From NCBI GenBank assembly GCA_000934665.2, contig JYFJ02004352.1, positions 1 through 32,930 on the forward strand: a DNA stretch of 32,930 nt. Reading direction: 5' to 3'. Positions 22,227 through 32,930 of the stretch are shown piece by piece. The stretch is from Catajapyx aquilonaris. Taxonomy: Eukaryota. Every line of letters begins with the position of its first letter. Position 1 is the stretch's first letter. A model generated the notes under the pieces. That model searched no databases. It was given only the letters and a program-made list of their open reading frames with translations, and was not told the origin of the DNA. The translations under genes and the position numbers were made by a program.

Positions 22227-23049
22227 AAAGCAATTAGCCTGGTTGCAACCTAATAAATAATAACAATATACAAATGTACAAATCGGTCCCAAGTCTATTG
22301 TGGTTGGAACAAAACTTAAGGTTACTTCACAACGCCAGAAGACTATTTTTGTTCCTCAACTCAAATTAACTTTCGGTATCTCCCACAATAGACTCCGGGC
22401 GAGAAAAAAAAACACCTCGAAGCGTGCCTCGTTAATTTGGTAGGCGGGAAACACGGAATCAGCGACAACCAGTCCCTGACAAACAGTAGCAGCATCCCTT
22501 TTAGCATCACGAGCAGTTCGATTACTTATATCTCCTCGGGGGGGACTAAAAACGATGTGCATGTGGCCCCTGTATCTGCCTCATTTCGGAATACAAGCGG
22601 CGTACTTTGAAGCCAGGGCGGCAGAGGCACTCCCTTGCTTATTAAACCTTTGTGTTCATTAACCAGGCCCAGGTTATTTAGGCCACTCGTCGTCGGCGGC
22701 GTTTGTCCCAAAGCTGCCATTGTGCTCTGAGAAGACAGCCAAAATGGCTGCTGATGTTGCTGGTTGCCGCCAAAACTTGGGGGAGGTCTTCATTTCGAAG
22801 TCATGAATATGTCATTTATTATAGAAGCAAGGAGCTGTCGTGAACCAGCGTTGATTGGATGCTGTGTGTGAATGGGGATGGTAATTGGCTGGGGATGTGC
22901 GCATGAGCGGGTTAGGCCAATCATAAGTTTTCGTCCCACCGCTAGTACAGTGATTCGACACAATGTCTCTTAAAATAATTATCACTTCTGAGAAGAAATT
23001 TCCTCTTAGAATGACCCAGTTGGCGCCCGATGCAAGGATTTTCCAGGTC

Positions 23050-24040
23050 AGACATAGATGGAAAGGGTCAACAGGAATGGTTCTACTAAATGTGGAGGTT
23101 GCAGCTCGGAAGTTTCGAGAGAGCCAGTCAAGGAGGAGGGAAAAGTTGGCACTCCCTTTGTGCTATTGGGTTGAGCAGAACTTACATCCATTACTCTGCA
23201 ACTTTGGCAGAAATGATGGCACCTTGTGATGGGCAGGTTCAGAAGCACTAAGTGATAAATGCAAATTAAGATCTGGTATACAGGACGATAAGGGTCACAA
23301 CAGGTCGTGAGTTTTCTGGTGAAGAAACTACAGTTCCCTATAGAGAATTTATCTAAAAATTCATCATATAAGAGATTATTAACTATTCCAGCTTCAAACA
23401 CCCACATCTCGAAACCATTCAAATTGTGACTTTCTAATATGTTACAGTCTGATTTTATGTATCAAAATGATGTGACCCGATGATCAAGTTACATCATTTG
23501 GTTTGTACTCATGAGTCGTGACTGTTCCAGGGTAACTACACAATTCAGGGAACACAATGCATGAGGACAAGCTTATTCCCACAGGTCACTTTTGACTCCG
23601 TTCTACTACCACTGGGGGACTTGTATGAATAACTGTCATAGGCACCATTTGATTAACTGGTGAACACTATTAAGTGAACGGAAATTGAATGAGAGCCCAT
23701 TTCACCTTCAAAGTACGGCCCACTGATTTGGCCCAAATGGAAATGGTACAGTCACACTGTGTGAAGAACCCAGAGCCACTATTCCCCTTTTCCACCTCAC
23801 TTCGAAGGAATGAATTATCCCTCCGCTATACTTCTTATACATGCTGAAACTCAATACAGGTGGTCCACACTCTGACAATGGAAAAGTTATGGATTGTTCG
23901 CTCCAGTATCGACTTTTAAGAAGCAAATTACAGCCCTCAGATTTAAAATAGTCAAAGGCAAACATCGCATTGCCATTATATTACTATACAATAAATTCGT
24001 ACAAAAATAATGAGTAATGTTGCTCGATGTAGATGTACGC
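23050..24040 (-). mobile_element. Degenerate LINE ORF2 APE-endonuclease region (possible ORF1 remnant upstream to ~24500)
   Basis: Ordered minus-strand motifs: NLLLKSRYWSEQSI...PPVLSFSMYKKY...KRGIVAL (cf. DII.I.ETWL..SI...PPGY..YRKDR..GGGVAL), YKSPS (~23620, cf. YRSP), NLIIG (~23485), EFLD...PYRP (cf. FLD...PT...LDL) and ANFSLL (~23140). Confidence 0.55.
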
Positions 24041-24869
24041 TAATCGAATATTCTATAAAGATTGCCAGTTACATAAGACAGAAATCAAGTTTCGAGTTGA
24101 AGAAAAGTTGGTTTCTGATCTAAGTTTGAGTGAGGTTTTCTGATAATAGCGTTTCCGAGTAGTGAGGAGATTATTTGTTGGTTTGGGTCCTATCCACAAA
24201 AGAGCAGTCTGAGACTGAATATGGGTAATGGATCCAGGAGAGTTTTTGAGGCCAGGTTGGTGGAAGGAAATGTAGCGTAATAGCTTTCGATTCTCTGAGG
24301 ATGAGGCAGGATATATGAAACCCATGGATGATGACGCCCTCTTCACGTCTAATCTACTTTAGCAACTCACTTGCACCACCGTTTCTCTTCTCACAAGGGG
24401 GGGCTTTGGGTTCTTTTTTTTGCCTAGTTGCCTTATCTGCCCCACATTTTGGAGCGAAATTACAGGAGGAGGGTGAAAGAAAAGGTTCTCGGACTCTTTT
24501 GACGAGTCGTCTTATGCTCGTCATCTTAGGTCGTTAGCTGGTCATCAGTTCTCCGTTTCAGGAAGATTATCTCTCCACTATAGGCTGATCAGTAATGATT
24601 CACATTTCTCTATATACTAGCTATGTGAACAGTGGATAACGAGGTGGATGGCCTAGTATGCCAAGTGATAAAATATTATAACAATCGAACTGGTTACCTA
24701 ACAATCATAACTGTTGTTACGTAGCACTTCAAAGGAGCAGAAACTGAAACGATTAAAAAAACTGCAGGCGAGACACATAAGGGTTTTATACCACCTTGTA
24801 GTTATTTCGCTTTAGTGCGCCCTTTTCGCCAGCAATTTTCAAAGGAAATGAGGGCACTTGGCCGTGCCA

Positions 24870-25170
24870 GGAGAAATAAAACGGCATCAATTACATCCAT
24901 GTTCTGCACACCCACTGGGAAAATATCAGACTCAGTGCGGTGCCCAGTACAGTCACCAGTATAATGATGGCAAGATTAAATTACGACCATTTCGCAAGTA
25001 CTTGAGGATCTATTATTCTTTCATTTCCAGCAGTTTCAACTTCAATGCCACTACAGCCAGCAATAGTCTGAAATCGATTGAAAAAGTATAGCTTATTTAT
25101 GAAATCACTGTTGACCGAATTGCATATCCAGTGTTGGAGTGTATTGATCCAAAATATTTTAATAGAGTGG
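24870..25170 (-). mobile_element. Possible degenerate RTE-like LINE RT fragment
   Basis: Minus strand reads LKYFGSIHSNTG (cf. FKYLGS.IS..G) and, downstream, VCRTW (cf. YGCETW). Weak, only two motifs. Confidence 0.3.
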
Positions 25171-26716
25171 GCGTGAGTGTAATATTTCTTCTGGAGAGGA
25201 CACAGTCAACACTTCAGCCCTGCCATCGAGCTCTGATCACAATAATCCGATTCGTGGCTAAAACATTCCAATTGGCCTTGCTCCTTTTTCTATATTTAAA
25301 GCCTCGAATTATAATTATAATCACAGCCAGCTTAATCCCACCGTTGTGCGTAAAGTCCTCTTCCCCCCGCTAATATCTGCAGAGTAATTTATGCGGAATG
25401 TGAGACAGACCTAGGCACAGGTTTAATCCCAGCCCCCTCTTTAATGGAACGCACTTGGAAGATAGCCCCCACCGTGGGGTTTATTCCCAGTTCAATCATT
25501 TGAGATGAACACTTAGATTCCAAACCTGGCGCACTTTAGTAAAGAAAAGAGGTCTGCAATTTGCATAATGACTATAGGTCCGGACCAAAAGACAGCCATT
25601 TCCTAAAAGGAATTGGGTAAGTTATTGGGGGTTGAAATGCAGTGTCCTGTCGACTCAATTTGATTATGGCCCATTGAACTATGGTGCAAAACCACTAGTC
25701 GCAAGTTTCAAATATGTGTATTTAATAATGGCATTCCTGAATTTAGATTAATGCTTCAAAATTAGACGATTTATCACTAGTTGGCCCGCATTGCGCTAGA
25801 CTTCCATGTTTAGGCTGTGGTGATGCTGCGCTAAACATGTAACTATACAGACGCTATTTTAATGGCAAATTGTAGGTTGTGAGGTGCCGCACTGCACTGT
25901 AAACGAAAGCAGGCGGAGTCATAAACGAGAAAAGTCCAACTCCCCAAGTGCGATGCTGCATATGTAGACTGCTTTTGCTGCATATGAGTACCTATATGTG
26001 CGAGAGGCCAGATCGATCGTGGCTTTTCATCACTTTGCTGCTCGTGGAATCATGTGGCCATCGATTTCACACGATTATCTGCATTATTGTAATGTGACTT
26101 TTGGTGTTCATTTTGTATAGGACAAAAACCTAGGGGATGATTATTTTAAACCGACTGTTTTAAGGGGCTTTAGTTCCGGGGTGTTTTGATAGCCAATTTT
26201 ACATGTCGGATTGCTTGAATTGTTACGCCTACTTCATGAGTACACAGTATAGAGTGTGCATACACTTGTGAGAGTGACGGGAGCTCATTTATTCCAAAGG
26301 GTGCTTCTCGATTTTTAAAAATTAGCATGTTACACCCCCCATGCTGCAAGTAGGTAAATATTTATTATACACAATGCAGCCTGATACCGAAGTTTGTAAA
26401 TCAAGTGCCAGAGAGTTTAGCGTGCGAATCTTTATCAAAGATTTATCCCCTTTCTTCTGGGTAACAGGAACGTGTTTTTATTACCTTACTTTCGAGCCTG
26501 GCTTTTATTAAACTTCATCGCCCACCGGCCCACTCTGGATCTCACAAATTCTTCAAGACAGACTTGACTGTTAGAGCTTAATTACAAACTGAATCGACGA
26601 CGTAAAATGTGTGGTGGGATACTTCACACCATGTAATTAGGCCCGAAAATACTTTTCTAGATTACATACATATGAAACAACATATTTATGGAAAAACCCT
26701 GATTATTCATATATAA

Positions 26717-27013
26717 CAATAATAATAATTAATAATTCATACCCCGTTATCAGCCATTTTTCGGCTCTTTCGGGGGGAAGTTTGTTTTGCCTGGAACTCT
26801 TTGCTTTTCATTTTACTGTGCTCTTTGGGCTAGGATAGGGACGGAAGGAAGCGGCTGTGGCCTATTAATTGCGGAAGCAACTCCGGAATTTTCCTGGAAG
26901 GACCGTGGGAAACCACAGAAAACCACGGTCAGAATTGCCGGCCCCGGGATTTGATCCCAGGACCTCCCAATTAGCAGTCTGGCTCCTTAACCCCTACACC
27001 AACCTTCTTCGGT
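26717..27013 (-). mobile_element. Full-length tRNA-derived SINE (~300 bp), Lm1/Talua-like body
   Basis: Minus-strand head ACCGAAGAAGGTTGGTGTAGGGGTTAAG (A-box-like) ... GGGATCAAATCCC (B-box-like). The body GTGGTTTTCTGTGGTTTCCC...CCAGGAAAATTCCGG...AGGCCACAGCCGCTTCCTTCC resembles insect SINEs as I recall them. It has a (TTA)n tail and a perfect 16-bp TSD GATTATTCATATATAA at 26701-26716 and 27014-27029. Confidence 0.92.
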
Positions 27014-30000
27014 GATTATTCATATATAATGTTATTGAGGTAATAATTCAATTAAAATATTTTTACAGCCAACATGACCATTAAACGATTACAAAATTTG
27101 GTGCTTGGTTGGTTAAACGATTACAAGATTTTTATACATCGCGTTGCTTGTAGGCGATTCCGCCCAGTGTCATCTGCGTTGATTTTTAGGCACCTATATA
27201 TATTTTTAACTAATAATTAGGTTGTTATCAGCTTGCTTTTGGCTCACAACAAGTGCAAACTGATCATGTCTCATATTCACACAAAATAATTCGCCAAAAT
27301 TTTTCCACCATCCTGCACCTAGCATCCCAGTAATTTCCACACACCACTCGCAACAAATGGCTCTAACAAAATAGCCCACCCACCCCCAGCAATAGCATAA
27401 CCCCCTACACAAACCACATTCCAACCTATCGACCTACATGTAGGTCACCCACAATATGCAACTGCAATCAATGCACTATACTCCTTTAGATATGTGTCTT
27501 CCTCCATCCCCCCCCCCTCTAAAAAGTTGGCCCCTGACCAGATGATGGGGCAGCAGCAGCAAGAGGCAGCAGCAGAGGGGGTGAGGGGTGAGGGAGAGAG
27601 AGAGATAGGATTTTGCGAGAGCTGCATCGGGGCCACGAGGCGGGCTCAACTGCAGTGCGGGCTTGGAGGCGGGAGGAGGAAGGTGGTTTTCTTCCTCCTT
27701 TTTCCCCTCCCCTTTTATCCCCTTTTCATCCATTTTGTGTCCCCCCCTCCAATCTCCTTTTCCTTCCTTAAAAAAAAAAAAAATCAGCGGATCAGACCTA
27801 CTTCAAACCTATCAGTTATTTAAACACCACACTATTTCGGAGGATGCTATAATGCAGCCGCCATTTATATTTGACACTGCACCTCCCTAGGGCTAAATAT
27901 TCTTTTTATAGACGACTCCAACAATTCCATGTGAGTAGTTATTTCGCATGCTAATTTAGCCTGTAGAAAGAAATCTGCAGTGTTATGGGTTTTTATGCGC
28001 ACGTATTTTGCGATTTATTGGAAGGCGGCCCATGCAGTCAGCTTAAAGCCGGAAACTAGTTCACTATGCCAAAACTCAAGGTCGCGACGATAACACTGCA
28101 TGCTCGATAATTCAGCTTAGTTAAACAGGGTGGGTGACACATCTGATCCGTTTTAAACTGAGGGGGCCTACGTAATCCATTGTTTACCCCCAGCAAGTTG
28201 CTGAATTCCTACATAGCCAATGTTAATGAGAAATGAGACTAATTAATGGGACCCCCCCTCAAGCTCCAATCTGCTGCATTGTCTAGTTTTTGGTGCCGAA
28301 AATGTGTCTGGAGTGGACAAAAGCTATACGATTCACTGGAACATTTCCAATATTCCAAACACCAATAGTGGAAGAGACCTGCATCGTGGAATCAATTCCA
28401 AAATTGCCTTTCGCGCTTCTGGTCTGTGTTTGTAGAGGGCGGTGTTTACAATTGGTTCAAAAAAAATCAATTTTTGTTGAAGGTCCGAGTTTTCTGAGCG
28501 TAAATGAAGCTTGGAGAGTAAGTAGGGGGAAATATACGTCTTTTTTTATGTGAAGACAAATTGCCTCCAGTTGGTATCACGTTGGGCACAATATTGCGCG
28601 CCGCTCTGGAGGTCTCGAAATGCAAGAAATGAATCAGTCAGACACACACACACACATGTGGATAAACAGCATTCCGGAAAGGTGATAAAACGTCAAAATA
28701 CGGGATGGTGGCGGCCATTTTTTTTTTCCTTGATGGCGGTGGCCACGCTTTTAATAGCAAACACACCCCCATGGTCCAATCCTGCCACCCCCTTCCAAAT
28801 TGGTGCCCCACGGCCAGTGCCTGTATTGGCATTAAATGATTGGGTATCTCCTGGTAATATGCGATTAGGAGGATTAACTGCCAGCAACTCCAGTGCTGAC
28901 GAATTTCATGCATAGCCGACCACTGTCTATTGTCAGCACGATTTGGTCTGGTAACGCTGAGGATTTTTTTAAAGCCTGGCTACTCTGGTACTATTCAGAT
29001 ATGGTGCAACAAGGGATTGTTTGCTCAGCAATGGGTCACTGAGGTGAACAATTTGTAACCATTTTCCCTAAAATGTAAACCCTGTTGAATTGATAATTTG
29101 GATAGTGCACCACTCTGCATCAGTTACTGCAACTGCTTTAAACCGGTAATAATATGTGTTCATCAAAACTTAATGTGTATTTACATCTTCCACCCTATTT
29201 TCGTGTGCAAGCCATAATTATGATGCAACTGAATGTACTGTACGAGCTATCTGTGGCTACGCTATTGTTACAGTAACATGAACTTTTTAGTACGGTGTTT
29301 AAAAAAATTAAAAATGAATGGGACAGGAGTTAGTACTTTAGTATTTTAATATTCAAACTTGTGTGGGATAGTGGGTTTTGTGGCTCTGGCTAAATTCTCG
29401 TTTGTAATACCAAGTGAGGCATGTGGATTACACAATTAAACGTGTAAAATAAGATGTAGGCCTACAATACAGTACCACACCCCCACGATATCTAAGTATG
29501 CGATTTACGTGAGCAATATGACTATTCATTGCGTTTGGGCATCTCTTAAATATAAATAAGTTGTCAATGACCTTCAGCACACATAATCCTTATGACGATG
29601 ACTGGATGAGCAGTGACAACACAGCCTTTCTTTGTTGACATTCTGTGACCTTGAGGGCGATTATGACATTGGATTACAATACTTTGAAACATTAATGTAA
29701 TTTTTTTAATTCTTTTTGTTTGAATGGAGACGATGACGCAACCCTGGCCTTAAAAGTTGGTTCAACAATACTAATCTTTCTTGCCTAAAATACTATTTCG
29801 GTTTTCTTTCCCAAACTTATATGCAGCGTGCAAAATTTTGTGGTGTCGTGCAGGCTGTGATCATGTTACTTCTCAAAAAGCTCTAAAAACTCAAAAAAGA
29901 TTCTCCACTCCCAAGCTCCACCTAACTGTATTTCACCTTGCTTTATTTATAGGACTAAAGGTCAAAGAGGAATACGGAATCTTTCGGCACAACTAAAACT

Positions 30001-30059
30001 GCCACCACCCCCACCCCCCACCTTAATCGATTTTTGCCGGTTAACTGATCCGTTCCGAT

Positions 30060-31110
30060 GATCTCTCTTGGAATAAACATGATCGGCTCATCTGAATAGA
30101 GACTGGAGAGTTCCAAGCTATATTTGGATCTAAGAAGTTGGCGTAGTACAATGACACTTTGCTTCAGGGTACAGGGAAAATAGGAGGAAATGTGAACAAT
30201 ATGCATGCCTTAAGGCAAAATGTAATCTGGAGATGACGCATTTCGATTGAAATTTGAATGCTTTGACGACAATGTTGCCACAATTTGCATTTGTGGTAAT
30301 AGATTAGCCTCAAGAAACACTACATGATTCTGTCTGCTGCTCACTGCAGGCGATGTAAATGGAGGAAACTCAATAAGGTAGTTGGATTGTACAACCACAG
30401 AGATGATATTAAAAACTCATTCATACATTTAGCCTGAAGCCAATACATTTCATCCAACTCAATTTGCCTACACGATTGCTGGTACAGATCATTTTTTTAA
30501 ACATTGGGCCAACCCTTCTGTTTTGAATGTCTGTGCATAATTTGATATTTTTTAAGTAATTGTGCTTATATAGTACAACGCACAGGAATTCACAATGCAT
30601 ATAGTTGAAGGTGTTCTGTGATGTGTTACAACCGGCTCTAACCCACTGAACAGCCACAAAACACTCTGCTTATTGGCCTCATTTTATCGAAAATCCTACC
30701 CTGGAGGCTCCCATGTTGCTCAATATTTAAGCACAATTCTCACCAAAGCAAGGGCCCCTAACTGCAACCAAAGTGCACAGCACTTTGCCTGGTCTCGAAT
30801 CAAGTCATCACATTTCCGGTCATTGAATCGAATCGATAGTAATTACACATGATGTGACACGTACTTACAAGCATCAGACTACTCTCAGCCACTCCCCACC
30901 ACTTCCAAAAGTTCAATTGGGATAGTTCTTGCATGCTATGTCCTAGTTTCTGATCTAGCCTTACAACTTTGGTAACGTGTTTCCTCTGACCAGTTCAGCC
31001 CCGGCACGCCAATCTTCATTAAAGTCGATACTAACGCACAACTAAAAATGAATGGTCTTTAACATCCAAGTGATTTCGTGCAACTGAAATTCCTCTGATG
31101 AATTTATCCT
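30060..31110 (-). mobile_element. Degenerate LINE reverse-transcriptase region (may extend to the window end)
   Basis: Ordered minus-strand motifs: VSIDFNED (~31025, cf. IDF.KAFD), GCS*GPLLW (~30750, cf. QGS.LGPLLF), VFLEANL..GNIVVKAFK (~30320-30255, cf. GV.LD.NL.F..HI..IV.KA) and LYYA...IAWNS (~30150-30107). Confidence 0.65.
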
Positions 31111-32384
31111 AGTCTGGTTTATATCAGTGCGAGTAACCAGCTTTTGTATGTTTAACCCATTGCCTGCAATATTGACCTTTGCACGAGCCGGCCTATTCGG
31201 CATCGTTCTGAATTCACACTGCAAATACAACTCTCTGGGAACATCGGAGTGCACTACTGTTTACTATTCCAGTAGTTGAAATATTTAACACCAGTATTAG
31301 AGTTCTTTAACATATTGAAGATAGCCTATATTCTGTACGGACATAGTTTCAAATGTACAGTACTGTACGTTCAGTGGGCCTATCGCTGTATCAATTTTTA
31401 TCAAATTTGTTCCCAAATATAAGCCAGCATCGATAATATTTGCTGACCTGTAACGAGGCGTAAATTTTAGCGACAATTATCACTTTTGCGTCACTACAGT
31501 ATTTCATCACTTTCAACAAAACGTTTCAATGTGTGCCAATGTAAACTATGCGGTCGATTATGTGTGCCATGCAGGACCGGAGCATTTATGCAGGGGCCAT
31601 GTCATATTTTTTTGTGTCAACCAGTTGGCGCAAAATGGTCAACCCCATATCAATATATTGATCAGTTCATGACTAATTCCATAATACTCCATTTTTGGAA
31701 GAGAGAGAAAAAGGACTGGTCGAAATATCCGTGAGCGCTTCATTAAATTCAGGCCAAGTCCAGGCATTTAGGTGGATCAAGTTGTACTACTTTGACCTTT
31801 TGCAACTGTGAACCGGATGCTTTCTAGTGATGAATTTATGACGTAAATGCTTTTACCCCCTATCCGCCTGTAGTGTTCGTGAAATTTGAAAAGTACCCTG
31901 CGCTTGCTCTGTACTTCATAATGCATGAAATCCCAACTAACCCTATTGTGACGAGGTGCAGACCAAAACTACATGCAACACCGCTACCTGCTAATAATTA
32001 AAAACTTTTTAATTAGTCCCCCCCCACAACAAAAATGTGCACCATTATTGATACCCATCTTGAACAAACATGAACCCAAGCTCTTGTATCAGATAATCAC
32101 GGGTAGGACCCTGTTTACAACCCCATCAAATGGGCAAAACTGGCGTCAGCTGGGCGTGATAATATGGATTTTACAGCTACTGCCAACTTTATCCGGTCTG
32201 CATTTTCCTCCGAATTCCAAGCTGTCCTCGACGACATCTGCCTAGGGAAAACTTTTCCTATCGTGCAAAACTCCAGGCATTTTCAGAGGGTAAGAAAAGG
32301 GGGCTTGACACTTGCCCTAGACGATTCATCAACAAACGCTCGTAAATACCACAGATTTACGATGCGAAATACTGGCATCCGTTA

Positions 32385-32480
32385 AACCAAAGAACGATCT
32401 GACGTCATGCTGCCGCCACCGGCCGCTCCAATCACACGACTACGCATGCTCATGGTGTGACGTCAGATCGTTCTTTGGCT
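32385..32480. mobile_element. ~100-bp MITE with 21-bp perfect inverted repeats
   Basis: CCAAAGAACGATCTGACGTCA (32387-32407) and its reverse complement (32458-32478). Flanked by TA at 32383-32384 and 32481-32482, a possible TSD. Confidence 0.75.
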
Positions 32481-32930
32481 TACCACTGTAAATGGTGCAA
32501 CCGAATTCATGTCTTGGAGTGTCCACCCTGCTGCCCAAATCGGATTTGAAATTCACTGGACAGTCCCATTTATCAAGCCTCGCCCTGAACTGGCATCCGT
32601 ATGCAAATCAAGCTCCATCTCGACAATATCATTTTTCTCCAGGGACCATCTTGCAAGAGACTCGCCTTAAGTCGCAGTCAGGCTCTTTTTTAATTATTCA
32701 GTTCAAAGCACGTACTTGTTTTTGCAAGGCAGCACAGCATGGTGCGACGCGCCGACATCAATAGTTTCGCTGCAACCAACCAGCCTTCTTCTTCAGCACA
32801 AGAAAAAGCAAAGTGATTCCTACCCCTCCCCAACAGCATCCAAACTTCGTGACAAGCAAACTGAAAAATAAGGGCTGGCATGTCCGAAATCCCCCCCACA
32901 GTGAGGAACCGACGGAAAAGTCAATAGCCT

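Noticed and set aside
24544..24556. Minus-strand ACGGAGAACTGAT resembling miR-184
   Set aside because: The seed differs and no hairpin forms; it also lies beside a LINE remnant.
25320..25333. ATCACAGCCAGCTT, 14-nt match to the miR-2 family
   Set aside because: The 3' end diverges and there is no complementary arm nearby.
31700..32930. Possible endonuclease-side continuation of the minus-strand LINE
   Set aside because: Only faint motif echoes (ADRIKL, LING); too weak to call without a profile search.

Overview
This is eukaryotic, probably arthropod, genomic DNA with GT-AG introns, microsatellites, a tRNA-derived SINE resembling insect Lm1/Talua types, MITEs and decayed LINEs. No prokaryotic operon, CRISPR array, rRNA or intact tRNA is visible. 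The left end holds the first two coding exons (minus strand, 1689-795 and 597-382) of an SLC3A (rBAT/4F2hc-type) GH13 type II membrane protein that continues off the window. That protein has unusual add-ons: a CX3CX3CX3CX3C/His4/PPxY cytoplasmic tail, a CCCCC juxtamembrane cluster and a ~100-aa Gly/Ser/Thr stalk. Its 5' region is tandemly duplicated (~1340-4450 vs ~4490-7760). The upstream copy keeps a 73-aa frame-preserved remnant of the Cys/His N-terminus but lacks the TM and GH13 parts. At 9183/9340-9548 there is a probable plus-strand poly-Asn coding exon of unknown identity. It is followed by about 23 kb with no recognisable host exon, likely a large intron, in which every retroelement remnant I could orient is on the minus strand. 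That stretch also contains many palindromes and MITEs. I found no clearly novel multi-gene system; the best leads are the atypical SLC3 protein with its truncated paralog and the orphan Asn-rich exon. All alignments and motif calls were made by eye.
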